From NCBI GenBank assembly GCA_963765765.1, contig CAVXYC010000028.1:32001-96000 (forward strand): a stretch of 64,000 nt of DNA. The letters run 5' to 3'. The notes beneath the pieces were generated by a model. That model made no database searches. It saw only the letters and a program-made list of their open reading frames with translations, and had not been told where the DNA came from. The position numbers and the translations under genes were made by a program. How positions within the stretch are numbered: the first letter of the stretch is position 1; the number at the start of each line of letters is the position of its first letter. Shown here one piece after another: positions 44,016-55,630 of this stretch. The stretch comes from an uncultured Chloroflexia bacterium. GTDB taxonomy: Bacteria > Chloroflexota > UBA6077 > JACCZL01.

Positions 44016-45452
44016 TCAAACCACGCTCTCTTCACTGGCGTCAACGGCAACCGGGTGATTTTCACCTGGTCCGCCGTTGGATTGGCTCACCATGATGGAT
44101 TCTCGGAGATTCAGCAGTCGTTCGCTGAAATGCACCGGATACGGTGATGTCGGGTTGAGCTGTCGATAACGTTCCGGCAACGTTCGGAGATTATGCTGAG
44201 CCAACTCCCAGATCTCTGACAGTGGCGGCAGACTACCGGGCACGACGTCGCCATCAAGCACGACTGGCTTGAGCAACCGTTCAGCATCGGCGGAGGGCTT
44301 GGGCTCTTCCGCGAGCTGGATGATATCGCTATCGAATTTCCCGATACGCCAGACCTCTTTGATTCCAGGCCAGGTACTCTTCTCGCCGGCGACCTTCATT
44401 TTGGGAAAACTGACGCCGCGCTCATCAACGTATTGCACGGCCTTATATACACCGCCCAGGGCGCCGCCCTCGACTCCGTGCTCGGTGGAGCCTGCCGCGA
44501 TCCCAACGCTTGTCCCCACTCCAAAAACGTCAATCGGTGCGCCGGCGTCCAGGAGCTTGACGATGAGAAACTCATCGAGATCTCCACTTGCCAGCACTCG
44601 TACGTCTGACAAGCCAGCCTCGTCCAAAACGGAGCGCACGTAACGGCTGTCTTCGAGCAGATCACCACTATCCAACCGTACGCCGACGAGAGAATGGCCC
44701 AGTCTGTCACGGTACTTGCGACCAACGTCCACGGCAATATGGATCGCTCGTCTAGGATCGTAGGTGTCTAAGAGCAGCGTGTAGCGATTAAATGTGGCCG
44801 CGACCGCTTCGAACGCCTCATGTTCCTCATCGAAAATCTGTGTCAGCGCATGCGGTACAGTCCCTGTGGCGAGCAAACGATACCTGTGCGCTGCACCTAG
44901 AAATGACGTGCTCGTGAATCCGCCAATGCGCGACGATCTCGTGACCGCGAAGGGCTCATGCGCCCGACGGAGTGCAAACTCAGCAACAGGCCGGCCGCGC
45001 GCCGCCCAGGTAATGCGCGCGGCCTTGGTGGCAACGAGCGTGGCGAAATTCATAGCCTGAAGCAAACCGGATTCCAGCAGGATCGCTTCGCGAAATGGCG
45101 CCGTAACGCGCAGCAGTGGTTCGTTAGGAAATGCTACGGAGCCTTCGGGCATCGCCAGGATCTCGCCGCTGAATCGTAGCTTTCGGAGCATTTCCAGGAA
45201 ACCGGGATCGTAGTCACGGATCTGCGAGAGAAACGCGAGGTCTTCGTCCGTGTAGTGGAACTCGCGTACGTATTCGAGCGCCATCTCCAAACCTGCCACA
45301 AGATGGAACGCTCCGCCAAATGGCGCTTGACGTGCATACAGGTCAAACGTCGTCATCCCGTTCTTACCCACTCTCCAGCTCACATAGGCTGAGTCAGGGT
45401 GGTACATGTCCGTCATGAGCGCCGGGTGATAGCCCAGATCGCTTCGGTTCAC
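44016..45452 (-). CDS. pncB: Nicotinate phosphoribosyltransferase
   Basis: LMTDMY, EFALRRA, GTVPHA, LLDTYD, GVRLDSGD. Confidence 0.93.
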   Translation of the reverse strand: MNRSDLGYHPALMTDMYHPDSAYVSWRVGKNGMTTFDLYARQAPFGGAFHLVAGLEMALEYVREFHYTDEDLAFLSQIRDYDPGFLEMLRKLRFSGEILAMPEGSVAFPNEPLLRVTAPFREAILLESGLLQAMNFATLVATKAARITWAARGRPVAEFALRRAHEPFAVTRSSRIGGFTSTSFLGAAHRYRLLATGTVPHALTQIFDEEHEAFEAVAATFNRYTLLLDTYDPRRAIHIAVDVGRKYRDRLGHSLVGVRLDSGDLLEDSRYVRSVLDEAGLSDVRVLASGDLDEFLIVKLLDAGAPIDVFGVGTSVGIAAGSTEHGVEGGALGGVYKAVQYVDERGVSFPKMKVAGEKSTWPGIKEVWRIGKFDSDIIQLAEEPKPSADAERLLKPVVLDGDVVPGSLPPLSEIWELAQHNLRTLPERYRQLNPTSPYPVHFSERLLNLRESIMVSQSNGGPGENHPVAVDASEESVV

Positions 45453-45604
45453 TCACATCTCCCGTTGGCTTCCAATTGGCCAGTATTGTAGCGAGTAGCC
45501 ACGGGGCTAGCTCTACGCACCAATCAGCTCAGCGTATCCACATCATCGGCGACTCCCGTCGCTGTTATAATCAGAGCAATTCACTCGGTATTATCGAGGT
45601 GCAT

Positions 45605-45961
45605 GTGATCACAGTGACAGATGATGCTCTCAAGCATCTCCAACAGCTTCGCGAACGAAAGAATGTCAACGAGCTCGGGCTGCGTGTATTTGTCCAGCCA
45701 GGCGGGTGCTCCGGCTTTTCATACGGCATGACGGTTGAAGACGATTCCGACGATGACGATCGCGTATACAGCTTCGATGGTGTGCGGGTCGTCGTAGATC
45801 CATTCAGCATGCAGCATATTGAAGGCGCAGAAATTGACTATGTTGACGCGCTGATGGGCGGCGGCTTTCAGGTACGGAATCCGAATGCCGCGAAGTCATG
45901 TGCGTGCGGTCAGTCGTTTGATTCCGTCCATGGTGGCGGAACCGCAAAGCCCTGCAGCTAG
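45605..45961 (+). CDS. HesB/IscA/ErpA A-type Fe-S carrier
   Basis: GGCSGFSY, NPNA..CACGQSF. Confidence 0.95.
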   Translation: MITVTDDALKHLQQLRERKNVNELGLRVFVQPGGCSGFSYGMTVEDDSDDDDRVYSFDGVRVVVDPFSMQHIEGAEIDYVDALMGGGFQVRNPNAAKSCACGQSFDSVHGGGTAKPCS

Positions 45962-45965
45962 CCAG

Positions 45966-46701
45966 CTAAATTCCAGCTCCAAGTAACCGGTCGGACGTGG
46001 GCCATTTGCTCCCGCCGGCCGGTTCTCGCGTTACTCCGATTGTCTCGAAGCTGCTCACGGGTCCTGGCGCCTGGATAATTGTGTAGCCGCTGCCGTCCGG
46101 ATTTGTTCGAAGCACTCCACCATCTACACGCTCGCCGTGCCCCACAAACCAGAGCTGGTAGCACTGCCCTTCGCCCAGCGGCGGAAGCTTATGCATGATC
46201 ATCCCTGAGCCGGTCTCCTCGATCTAGAAAGATGCGGCCCATCGAACCGGGTGCAGACTCACTTGCGGACATGTTCTGGATCGTCACTCTATTCGCCGCA
46301 AGCACGCCCACGATCGTGTCGTAGCGGCGGCTGAGACCTGTCAGGGTAGTTCGTTGCGTCTCGAGGTCGTTATTGAGTTTGATCGACCAAGCCAAAGAGA
46401 CCGCTGCGATACCCGCGGCGGCCGCCATCATCCACTGAGACCAGCGGGTAGACGCGCTGGAAGCTGGACGGCGGTCGACGCTCCGAGCCGCCTCTGCCAT
46501 GATGACCTGCCGCAGCGACCGAGGGGGATCTCGTTCTCCCATTCCCAGGGCCAGAACACTTAGCCCCTCGAGATAGTCTCCGGCGGTGCTGGCGCAATCC
46601 GGACAACCCCGCATGTGGGCCAGAATCTCAAGCCGCTCATCTTCGTCCGGACTGCCTATCGCGAACGCATCTAGGCGATCTTCAAACTCGCACTGACTCA
46701 A
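45966..46701 (-). CDS. RskA-like anti-sigma factor (frameshift ~46220)
   Basis: HxxxCxxC ZAS motif, TM helix, YQLW and VTREPAGGS..PT. Confidence 0.9.
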
Positions 46702-47282
46702 AGAGTCTCCTCCAATGCCAGCGGTTCGAGTATAGTTCGCAGCTTGCGCATGGCCAGACGCGTGCGCGTCTTGATGGTTCCAAGTGGCTCGCCCAGATAC
46801 TCTGCAATTTGCGTCTGAGTCATTCCTCGTATGTAGGCCAGCTCGAGTGCTACTCGTTGCGCATCGGGTAGGCTCGCCAGGGCACGGCTCACCTCATCTC
46901 TCCGGATTGAACCGTCCAGTAGTGTTCCCGGGTCTCCGCCAACACCAGAGTGCTCAACGGGATCCACGCCTTCCGCCTCGTGCCTTCGTTCAAGGGTTCG
47001 ACGCCGAAGCCAGTCGATTGCTCGGTGGTGAGCCATGCCCAATAACCAGGGCGTCACCCTGCCCTTCTCAGGGGCGTAAAGCTCTGGTTGTCGCCACAGC
47101 TTGAGGAAGCACTCCTGGACGATGTCCTCGGCGACGTGTGCATCCCCGACGAGACGCACGGCAAGTGCATAGATGGATCGGGAATACCGTGCATACAGGA
47201 CTTCGAGGGCATCGACATCTCTCGTGCGGAGCCTGCCAACGAGGAATTCGTCGCTCGCTCCTGAGTCCCGATACGATTGCAC
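46698..47282 (-). CDS. ECF RNA polymerase sigma factor (SigK-like)
   Basis: AEDIVQECF, AIDWLR, PLGTIKTR; coupled to the anti-sigma gene. Confidence 0.95.
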   Translation of the reverse strand: MQSYRDSGASDEFLVGRLRTRDVDALEVLYARYSRSIYALAVRLVGDAHVAEDIVQECFLKLWRQPELYAPEKGRVTPWLLGMAHHRAIDWLRRRTLERRHEAEGVDPVEHSGVGGDPGTLLDGSIRRDEVSRALASLPDAQRVALELAYIRGMTQTQIAEYLGEPLGTIKTRTRLAMRKLRTILEPLALEETL

Positions 47283-47557
47283 GGATATGCCCTGCGCACT
47301 CCTTGGATCCGGCCGCGTGCGGCAGCAATGAGGGCAGTATATAGAAGCCGGGAGAGCACGTCAGTGATTCGAGTTGGTCTCCATCGTGTGTAGTACGACC
47401 GAATAGCCCAAATGGATTGAATGTCGGGCAAGACCGCCCACATCGACAATGAGCTCGACGGTGGATGTTCTGGTATGCGCCTGTGCCCGACGCTGGGCGT
47501 CCGAAGGATGCCCAGCCTGGATCGCTGTGCTAGAATCCGACGATACGGAGGGCACGT

Positions 47558-47848
47558 ATGGTAACGGCGATTGTCCTGATTCGAGCGACAATGGGGCGGA
47601 CGCCGGATATCGCCGAGTCGCTTCTCCAGCTTCCTGAGGTATCCGAGGTGTACTCCGTCACCGGTGAGTACGATCTCGTTGCCATGGTGCGTGTACAGCA
47701 GTACGACCAGATGGCAAATGCCGTTCCCAGCAAACTCGCGCGCATCGATGGCATTGAGCGCACGCACTCGCTCATGGCCTTCCAGTGCTACTCACGACGT
47801 GATCTCGAGCGCATGTGGGGAATAGGCATGGAGAGCGAATCGGCGTGA
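47558..47848 (+). CDS. Stand-alone Lrp/AsnC ligand-binding domain protein
   Basis: VYSVTGEYDL motif, no HTH. Confidence 0.9.
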   Translation: MVTAIVLIRATMGRTPDIAESLLQLPEVSEVYSVTGEYDLVAMVRVQQYDQMANAVPSKLARIDGIERTHSLMAFQCYSRRDLERMWGIGMESESA

Positions 47849-47864
47849 TCTTTTCGCCGCATCT

Positions 47865-49028
47865 GTGATTCGCCTCACAGCGCTCATTTTTCTCCTCATC
47901 GTCATGGCGGGTTGTTCCTCCGCGGGAGTGCCGTGGCGTCCCGATGAGCTGCAATGGTGGTGGTCCAATCAGGATCCGCCGGAGGTCACCCTCTCGGGTC
48001 CTGCCCGAGCCGTTAGAGCGAGCACAAGCATCCAGGTGACTCTTCGCCCTGCCGACCGAGCAAGCCTCGTTAGTGCATCGTTGGATGGCTCCGAGATTCC
48101 AGCCCAGACGCCCTTGCAGCTTGATACATCCATCATGAGTGACGGTCTCCATACGATCAGCGTCATGGCGGAAGATCGCTCTCGTCGACGAAATCGCTCT
48201 GAAGCGTCGATCACGATCCAATCCGACAACACTCCACCAAGCCTCACCTGGGACATCCAGCCGAATACGCTGACGCAAGGATCGGCGGCCATCATCCGGT
48301 TGCGTTCCAATGAGCCGACCGCGGTAGAGGCGTCAAGCGACGACCGACCACTTCCACTGGACCTCGGCAACGACTACGCCTGGGCAATCGTGAGCTTCAG
48401 TCCGGACGCCCCGATAGGCCAGAAGTCGCTCACGTTTGTGGGGCGCGACGAGGCCGGAAACGAGTCACGATTGAGCACCACTCTTAGCATCGGCAGCGGT
48501 GATTTCCCATCTGAGGATGTTGAGATCCCTCCCGCTTTGGCGACACTACTCCAACCTGAGTTCCGCGCCGATGAAGAAACCATGCTCGCGGGTATTTTTG
48601 CAAAATCCAATGAGCCACCGCATTGGACAGGCCGCTTTAGAGTGCCCACGGAGGGCACAATCCTTACCGAGTTTGCCACGGAGCGCGCTTTCAATGGCGG
48701 CCCCACGGTTGGTCGCCACGCGGGGGTAGACATCGCCGCGCCACAAGGTTCAGCGGTCCTGGCCTCCCAGGCGGGACGCGTCGCGCTCATAGATCCGCTC
48801 ACAGTGCGGGGCAACACTCTTGTCATTGATCACGGTCACGGCATCTACACGTTGTACGCGCATCTTTCGGAAATCCTTGTCTCGCCGGATGCACAGGTAG
48901 AGGCTGGACAACAGGTGGCGCGTGTCGGTACCACTGGACTTTCCACCGGACCGCATCTTCATTGGGAAGTCTGGGTCGGCGGCGCTAACGTCGACCCCTT
49001 CAATTGGACGAAGCTCGACCTGCCCTGA
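47865..49028 (+). CDS. M23 family metallopeptidase (lipoprotein)
   Basis: MAGC lipobox, HAGVD, YAHL, STGPHLHWE. Confidence 0.93.
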   Translation: MIRLTALIFLLIVMAGCSSAGVPWRPDELQWWWSNQDPPEVTLSGPARAVRASTSIQVTLRPADRASLVSASLDGSEIPAQTPLQLDTSIMSDGLHTISVMAEDRSRRRNRSEASITIQSDNTPPSLTWDIQPNTLTQGSAAIIRLRSNEPTAVEASSDDRPLPLDLGNDYAWAIVSFSPDAPIGQKSLTFVGRDEAGNESRLSTTLSIGSGDFPSEDVEIPPALATLLQPEFRADEETMLAGIFAKSNEPPHWTGRFRVPTEGTILTEFATERAFNGGPTVGRHAGVDIAAPQGSAVLASQAGRVALIDPLTVRGNTLVIDHGHGIYTLYAHLSEILVSPDAQVEAGQQVARVGTTGLSTGPHLHWEVWVGGANVDPFNWTKLDLP

Positions 49029-49138
49029 TCGCGAAGAACCGCGCCGTATCGAAACTGTGTCGTCTCACCATCTGGCTGTAGCGGCGGCGTGACAAGCTCG
49101 TATCTACACTGGCACCACGCGCAACTGCGCGATGCAAG

Positions 49139-50365
49139 GTGTTGCCTGTGGGCTCCAAGCTGCATTCCCGACTGCTCTTTTGGGGGCCTCTCTTCGGCCT
49201 CCTCCTCTTGTTACCGCTGGTTCAGCCGCCGGTGGAATCGGTCCAAGCCGTTGATGGACCAACTCGCCACATTGTGAAATCCGGCGATACGTTGAGCTCA
49301 ATTGCGTTGAACTATGGCGTAGCGATCGATGAGCTCGTCTCGCTCAACTCGATTTCCAATCCAAATCGCATCCCCGAGGGCAGCGCGCTCAGGCTGCCCT
49401 CGGGGGCAGGTGCGTCGGGCAAACGTGAATACATCGTGCGCCCAGGTGACACACTTTCATCAATCTCCGCGACAAATAACATCAGGATCGCCGCGATTTT
49501 GGAGCTCAATGAACTGGAAAATCCCCATCGATTGCGTGTGGGTCAGCAGATTGTGCTCCCACCGGCCTCAGCGGCCCCTGCAAGTCCATCTGCGTCAGCG
49601 CTCGCGGCGCCGCCCAAGGCATCAGCCGTTCCAACGGCCGTCGGATCCGCCCAGACTGCAATTCTGAAGCTCATCCAGACCAAGGTCCCGGAAGGAGCGC
49701 GCGTTGGTATCCTTGCTGTGAACCTGAGTACAGGTGAACGAGTGGAGCATCGCGCCTGGGAATCGTTCCCGGCCGCTAGCGTTGCGAAGCTCGCCGTGCT
49801 CGTCGAGGTTCAGCGCCAGGTTGAAGCAGGCACACTCAAACTCGACGATACGATTCGTAACGACATGCGCAATATGATCGTACTGAGTGACAATCAGGCC
49901 GCCAACCGGCTCATCAACCTGGTGAGTTCAAGCAAGATCAACGCGACAATGGCGCAGCTGGGATTCAAATCCACGATTCTCCGAAATCTGTTTGAGGGCG
50001 CAGCACTTCCGGGTTTCAATGGGCAGCTCAATCAAACCAGCCCAGGTGACATGGTGGCGCTACTCACGCGAATGACTACTGAGCAGCTAGTGTCGCCTTC
50101 CAGTAGCCGCGCCATGCGAGACCTACTGCTCGCCACTCGCGACACCACACGACTGCCACAGCTCTTGCCTTCCGAGGCACGCATCGCTCACAAGAGCGGC
50201 TGGTATCAGGGCGTGTCAAATGATGTCGGCATTATCTACGCTCCAACCGGGCGGTTTGTGGTGGCAGTATTCACGACGGGCTCTAATGACTCCGCCGGCG
50301 AGAGTCGGTTCATCGCTGAGGTCGGTCAGACGCTATACAAAATCTGGACGCAAAAGCCGTCCTGA
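49139..50365 (+). CDS. 2xLysM + class A beta-lactamase-like serine hydrolase
   Basis: Two VxxGDTLSSI LysM repeats; SVAK, SDN, HKSG motifs. Confidence 0.9.
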   Translation: MLPVGSKLHSRLLFWGPLFGLLLLLPLVQPPVESVQAVDGPTRHIVKSGDTLSSIALNYGVAIDELVSLNSISNPNRIPEGSALRLPSGAGASGKREYIVRPGDTLSSISATNNIRIAAILELNELENPHRLRVGQQIVLPPASAAPASPSASALAAPPKASAVPTAVGSAQTAILKLIQTKVPEGARVGILAVNLSTGERVEHRAWESFPAASVAKLAVLVEVQRQVEAGTLKLDDTIRNDMRNMIVLSDNQAANRLINLVSSSKINATMAQLGFKSTILRNLFEGAALPGFNGQLNQTSPGDMVALLTRMTTEQLVSPSSSRAMRDLLLATRDTTRLPQLLPSEARIAHKSGWYQGVSNDVGIIYAPTGRFVVAVFTTGSNDSAGESRFIAEVGQTLYKIWTQKPS

Positions 50366-50400
50366 CACGCACACCGCTGAGGTACGAAGGGCCTCAGCAA

Positions 50401-50841
50401 CTAGTGATGATGCGTGGCGGTTGCCGAGGCCGCGACACATTTTGCGCACCGGCCAATCAGCGCGAAATGCGCGAGATCAAGCTCAAATCCGTACTGCTGG
50501 TCCAGTGACTGGCCTAGCGGGCGAAGAATGTCCACGTCGAGCTCCTGCTCGGTCCCGCAGCCTCGACAAATGAGGTGTTGATGGAGCTCGGATTCGGCGC
50601 GATGGTACTGCGCCACACCGTCATCGAAGTGCGTATGACGAACCAGCTCCATCTCCTCCAATAGGTCGAGTGTACGGTAGACCGTGGAGATATTGATTTG
50701 AGGAAACTGCTCCGTCACGCGAGTGTGGACGGCGTCCGCGGAGATATGCCCCTCGAGCGACTCAATGGCTTCGAGAATCAACTGACGCTGCGGAGTCATA
50801 CGCAGCCCACGCTCGCGAAGCACTTCGACAAGCTGGCTCAT
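50401..50841 (-). CDS. Fur-family transcriptional regulator
   Basis: RMTPQR, STVYRTL, HQHLICRGC, CAKC. Confidence 0.95.
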   Translation of the reverse strand: MSQLVEVLRERGLRMTPQRQLILEAIESLEGHISADAVHTRVTEQFPQINISTVYRTLDLLEEMELVRHTHFDDGVAQYHRAESELHQHLICRGCGTEQELDVDILRPLGQSLDQQYGFELDLAHFALIGRCAKCVAASATATHHH

Positions 50842-51027
50842 GGCATCTCCTATCGCAATCTCGGAGCGTACCAGGAGTATAGCCAGAACGCTTCGCCGAA
50901 AAGCCCCGAAGATCATCGCTGATCGGTGGAACGAGCTGTGCCTGGAGTCCGAAATAGATGAGCTTCATGTTCCTACACTCCGCGCTTATCCGATCCCCAA
51001 ACATCAGCAGCGGAAGGCACATCCTCC

Positions 51028-52480
51028 ATGGCAGAAACAGCGACTCCAGGCACAACTCGAGATCGATTAAGCACAACGCCGCCATCGCCAATCGAGGCGT
51101 TCTTCTCACTGCGCCAGCGTGGAACGACCGTCGGGACGGAGGTACTGGCTGGCGTTACGACATTCCTGGTGATGGCGTACATCATCTTTGTCAATCCAGC
51201 AATACTGACCTTTGCCAGCGCGCCGCCCTCCAGGGATCGGGTCCACCGTTTGCAGCGACACTCGCCGCAACATGTCTGGTGGCCTCGGTGTCGACCATCG
51301 CCATGGGGCTCTTTAGTAACTACCCTTTCGCGCTTGCTCCTGGGCTAGGGTCTCAACGCGGTGGTATCGTTCACCCTCATCGCCGGGTTGAACCTACCCT
51401 GGCAGGCCGCCATGGGCGTCATCTTTATGGAGGGGCGCTCATTACGATTCTGGTCCTCACCGGCTTCCGTGAAGCAGTGATGCACGCGATCCCAAACTCG
51501 CTGAATAAGGGAATCAGCGTTGGGATCGGCCTGTTCATTCTCTTCATCGGGTTAGAGATTGGCGAGCTCATTGTCTGGGGCTCCAGAGATATCTGGTACT
51601 CCCGTCGCGATTGCGCCGATGGACTCACCGCGGCAATTGGTCACAGTCGTAGGCTTCGCCTTGACGCTCGGCTCTTCGCGCGTGGCACGCTCGGCGCGCT
51701 GCTCTAGGGAATTCCCAACACAACACTCTTTGCTGTCATTGTGAATGCCATAACTGGAACTACGGCGATTACGATTCCCGGGTATGGCGACCGTGCCAAG
51801 CGCCATCGTGGTGCGCCTGAGTTCTCTACCATCGGGCAGGGACTCAACTTCAGCGTTTTCAGTTACATCGGTGTGTCGGCGGCGGTGCTCACGATCTTTT
51901 CGCTGATGCTCTCGGACTTCTTCGACACCATGGGTACGGTAATCGGCGTTGGCGAAGAGGCCAATTTGCTGGATACAAAGTGGCCGACTTCCAGGCCTCA
52001 ACCGGGTCCTTCTGGTTGATTCACTTGCAGCCGCTCTGGGCGGAATCTGCAGTGCGAGCTCAGCCACGACGTATATCCAGAGCGCCGCGGGCGTCAGCCA
52101 GGACGGTCGCACCGGTCTGACATCCGTTGTCGTTGGGGTCCTATTTCTGGCCGCGCTTTTCTTTTCTCCGATCGCCGTCGCCGTTCCTCCGCATGCCACG
52201 GCTCCAGCACTCATTATCGTCGGGTTCCTGATGGCCGGGCTCGTCCTTGAGATTCCGTTCGACGACGTGGAGGAAGGTTTTCCTGCGCTGGTCACCATCG
52301 CACTTATGCCGTTTACATTTCAGCATTTCCAACGGCATTGGCGGGGGCTTCATCACCTACGTGTTCATCCAACTCGTTCGAGGAAAAGCTAGCGATGTCC
52401 ACCCCTTGCTTTATGGAGTGGCGGTTGCATTTGCGATTTACTTTGCACTCGTGCCGATCCGCTCCGCATTGGGGGTGTGA
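51028..52480 (+). CDS. NCS2/AzgA-family purine permease (several frameshifts)
   Basis: EVLAGVTTFLVMAYIIFVNP, ALAPGLG, DFFDTMGT, GRTGLT, ATAPAL. Confidence 0.9.
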
Positions 52481-52620
52481 TGCGTGGGCTACGTTCGCCT
52501 GAGCGATGAGTATTGAACGTTTCAGCACCGCTAAATCTGGTTGTCCAGTATGGTGGCGACTTCCGGAAGTGCAACGGGCCTTATGCTACAATCCAGGCAC
52601 CTAGACTCAGGGGGCGAGGC

Positions 52621-53196
52621 TTGATTGGACGCATAATCAAGCGTACGATCGTGCGATCCGCTAGTGGTATTGCACAACACTGGGGCGCTCTCCTGATGCT
52701 GTTGGTGCTCGCTTTAGGTGGTGGCACGGTAGCCTACTGGCAAGGGATGCTCCGTATGCCGGGACAAGGTCTGGGTAACACCGGGCAGAATCTCGAAATG
52801 TCAGTGGAGCGCATCGAGCAAACTCGGCAAACCGGCTCATACAACGTCGTGCTACGTGAAAAGCGTGGGACACGGCGACTGGCCGTAACCGTTGGCCCCG
52901 CTGAAGCTTTTGCCATCCAGTCGGATCTCAGCAACATGCGTTCTGAGCGCCCGATGACCTATGACCTCATGAAGAGTCTCGTGTCGGGCCTTGGCGGCGA
53001 CCTCAATCGTGTCGTCGTGAATAATGTGACTGACACAACGTTCTACGCCAAGGTAATCATGAACTCGAACGGGAAGGAGGTCGAGATCGACTCACGCCCC
53101 AGTGATGCCATTGCCCTCGCCCTCCGCGCGAAAGTACCGATCTTCGCGGATGTGGCGGTCCTCGACAAAGCAAGCACTGGCCCCGCCAACAATTAG
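52621..53196 (+). CDS. DUF151 bifunctional nuclease family protein with N-terminal TM helix
   Basis: GPAEAFAI, RPMTYDL, IDSRPSDAIALALR. Confidence 0.9.
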   Translation: MIGRIIKRTIVRSASGIAQHWGALLMLLVLALGGGTVAYWQGMLRMPGQGLGNTGQNLEMSVERIEQTRQTGSYNVVLREKRGTRRLAVTVGPAEAFAIQSDLSNMRSERPMTYDLMKSLVSGLGGDLNRVVVNNVTDTTFYAKVIMNSNGKEVEIDSRPSDAIALALRAKVPIFADVAVLDKASTGPANN

Positions 53197-53245
53197 CCCG
53201 CTCTCTATCCTCGCTTCGCCCGAATCCAGGCACCGCGCCCTGCTG

Positions 53246-53683
53246 TTGGTCTGGAAGTATTTCCCAATTCCCAGTGTCGTGCGAAGGGCGTACATAGAGC
53301 ATACGCATCCTCGGTTCCTCGTGGGCGTTGTGGCCTACATCCACAATGCGAGTGATGAGGTACTGCTTTTCCACCATACGTACAGGCGGCGGAACTCATG
53401 GAGCCTCCCTGGCGGCTATCTCGAGTCACATGAGACTCCTCAAGAAGGCATTGAACGAGAGATCCTCGAGGAGTCTGGCCTCGAGGTCACAGCCGGCCGA
53501 ACACTGGCGGCCTCATTTCACAAGGCCGAGCAGCTTGATTTACTCATCGAGTGCGCCATCGTCAACGGTACGCCTGCCCCTACACCCGAGGTGGACGGCT
53601 GGCGATATGTCCCCCGTGCGGAGCTTTCAGCAATCCTGCCAAACCACCGAACGCTTTTACGTCACGCTGGCCTGATCGAGTAG
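53246..53683 (+). CDS. NUDIX hydrolase (start uncertain)
   Basis: WSLPGGYLESHETPQEGIEREILEESG. Confidence 0.85.
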   Translation: MVWKYFPIPSVVRRAYIEHTHPRFLVGVVAYIHNASDEVLLFHHTYRRRNSWSLPGGYLESHETPQEGIEREILEESGLEVTAGRTLAASFHKAEQLDLLIECAIVNGTPAPTPEVDGWRYVPRAELSAILPNHRTLLRHAGLIE

Positions 53684-53755
53684 CCCACGCCCAGTGTAAA
53701 AGCGGCTGGGCCGGACGTCTGGACCGCGTTCGGCCGGTATCTTAGGGGGTGGATG

Positions 53756-55189
53756 TTAGGAGCTAGCCCCAGTCGCTTCCTGGTACAGATCCCGATCGTC
53801 GATCACGCGTCGGGCCTTGAATTCCGTCCTGGGGAGAGTGCCTGGCTGCTCTATTCGAATCGTTGTTCGAAGTCCAAGCGTCGCGCGCAGCTCTCTAACG
53901 AGGTGCGACTCGAACGCCTCTCGTCGCACATCATCGGCATACGTCTCAGCATCGACTTCGGTTTGAACCACCAGCTCATCCATCGACTGCTGGCGGCTCA
54001 CGATGATGCGATACTCGCCGCCATATCCCGGCGTCGCCAGCAGCACCGCCTCGATCGCGCTCGGGAGCACATTCTCACCGCGAACGGTGAACTGGTCGTC
54101 GATTCGACCGTAAATGCCCCGGGGTAATCGTGGGTATGTACGGCCACACGGACACGCATCGTCTGTCCAGGTTGTGAGATCGCCGCTTACCAGACGGATC
54201 ATCGGCTGCGACGTTCGCTCGAGATGGGTGTAGATTGGCGTCCCTTCTTGTCCGAATGGAACGGGCTGATACGTCTCCGGGTCGCAAACCTGTCCGTAGA
54301 CCATGTCCTGCCAGAGATGCATGCCGGTGCGCTCACTACACTCACCGAGATGTGCCCACGGCGTCATCTCGGCCATACTGCCCGAATCATGGCAAGTAGC
54401 GCCGAATGTCTTCTCGATGCGAGTGCGAGTCGCAGGGATGCCAGCACCTGGCTCACCTGAGAAGAAGAGAATGCGCAGGCCGAATTCGCGCGGATCAACT
54501 CCTTCACTCCGAGCAACCTCAGCGAGGTACAGGGCATACGAAGGCGTACCGTAAAACGCAGTCGGCCGAACTTCTCGCATCCAGCGAACCGCCAGCAACG
54601 TCTGGCCGGGAGCACCGGCCCCGAATGGAAACGCGGTGGCGCCCAGGCGTTCACAGCCGACCAACGTTGCCCAGCTCCCCATGTAGAGCGAGAAGAACGA
54701 CCCGATAAATACCGTGTCCTCAGGACGAATTCCCATCGCCCACAGGACCCGAGCGTGGGAGTTTGCGATTCGTCGCCAGTCATCCTTACCGACGCAAAAC
54801 GCAGTCGGTTTACCGGTCGTTCCACTCGTTCCGTGAATTCGCGCGACGTCGTTTCGATCGATGCAGAGATAAGATCCAAACGGTGGGTGCTGCTCCTGGT
54901 CGAACCGAAGCTCAGCCTTCAAGACGACTGGAAATTTGTTCAGATCGTCAAGCGACCGTAGTGAGCCTGGGATAACTCCCGCCGCATCCCACTTACGTCG
55001 GTAAAACGGCGAATGATCGTAAGCCCAGGCGACCTGTCCTTGCAGCTTTTGCAGGATCCGCTCCTCGCGCTGTGCCGGCGATTCAGTTTCTAGCTCCCGA
55101 TTCCAGTAAGGATCGTCGCTTGATGGCCGGAATTCTGGAGAATACTCGGGAGGCCATGCACCTTCGGCGCTGGTGAGAAATTGACTCAC
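53756..55189 (-). CDS. hcl: 2-hydroxyisobutyrate-CoA ligase-like (PaaK family)
   Basis: [41 protein letters not shown]; within the mutase operon. Confidence 0.8.
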   Translation of the reverse strand: MSQFLTSAEGAWPPEYSPEFRPSSDDPYWNRELETESPAQREERILQKLQGQVAWAYDHSPFYRRKWDAAGVIPGSLRSLDDLNKFPVVLKAELRFDQEQHPPFGSYLCIDRNDVARIHGTSGTTGKPTAFCVGKDDWRRIANSHARVLWAMGIRPEDTVFIGSFFSLYMGSWATLVGCERLGATAFPFGAGAPGQTLLAVRWMREVRPTAFYGTPSYALYLAEVARSEGVDPREFGLRILFFSGEPGAGIPATRTRIEKTFGATCHDSGSMAEMTPWAHLGECSERTGMHLWQDMVYGQVCDPETYQPVPFGQEGTPIYTHLERTSQPMIRLVSGDLTTWTDDACPCGRTYPRLPRGIYGRIDDQFTVRGENVLPSAIEAVLLATPGYGGEYRIIVSRQQSMDELVVQTEVDAETYADDVRREAFESHLVRELRATLGLRTTIRIEQPGTLPRTEFKARRVIDDRDLYQEATGASS

Positions 55190-55614
55190 GGAAGAGCACC
55201 AGCGCTTTGACGCTCGGCATGCTTATCGACAATCCACCGGACGGTCGTCTCAGTCGGAGTGTCCTGTAAGAAGATCTCGTCCACGCCTTGGGCTCGAAGC
55301 GAAGCAGCATCCTCATCAGGCATCACGCCGCCACCGAAGAGCACGATATCTTCAGCCTGCTGCTCACGCATGAGCTCGAGAATGCGCGGAAAGATGGTCA
55401 TGTGAGCGCCCGAGAGAATGCTGATCCCGAGAAAATCGGCGTCTTCCTGGACGGCCGCAGACACCACCTCTTCGGGCGTACGATGCAGACCCGTGTAGAT
55501 CACTTCCATGCCAGCATCTCTCAGCGCCCGTGCCACAACCTTGACGCCGCGGTCATGACCGTCGAGACCCACCTTGGCAAGCACTACGCGGATGGGTCTC
55601 CCGAAAACCGTCAT
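55186..55614 (-). CDS. hcmB: Acyl-CoA mutase cobalamin-binding small subunit
   Basis: DGHDRG, SILSGAH, FGGGV. Confidence 0.85.
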   Translation of the reverse strand: MTVFGRPIRVVLAKVGLDGHDRGVKVVARALRDAGMEVIYTGLHRTPEEVVSAAVQEDADFLGISILSGAHMTIFPRILELMREQQAEDIVLFGGGVMPDEDAASLRAQGVDEIFLQDTPTETTVRWIVDKHAERQSAGALP

Positions 55615-55630
55615 GGCTGGATCCTTTGCC

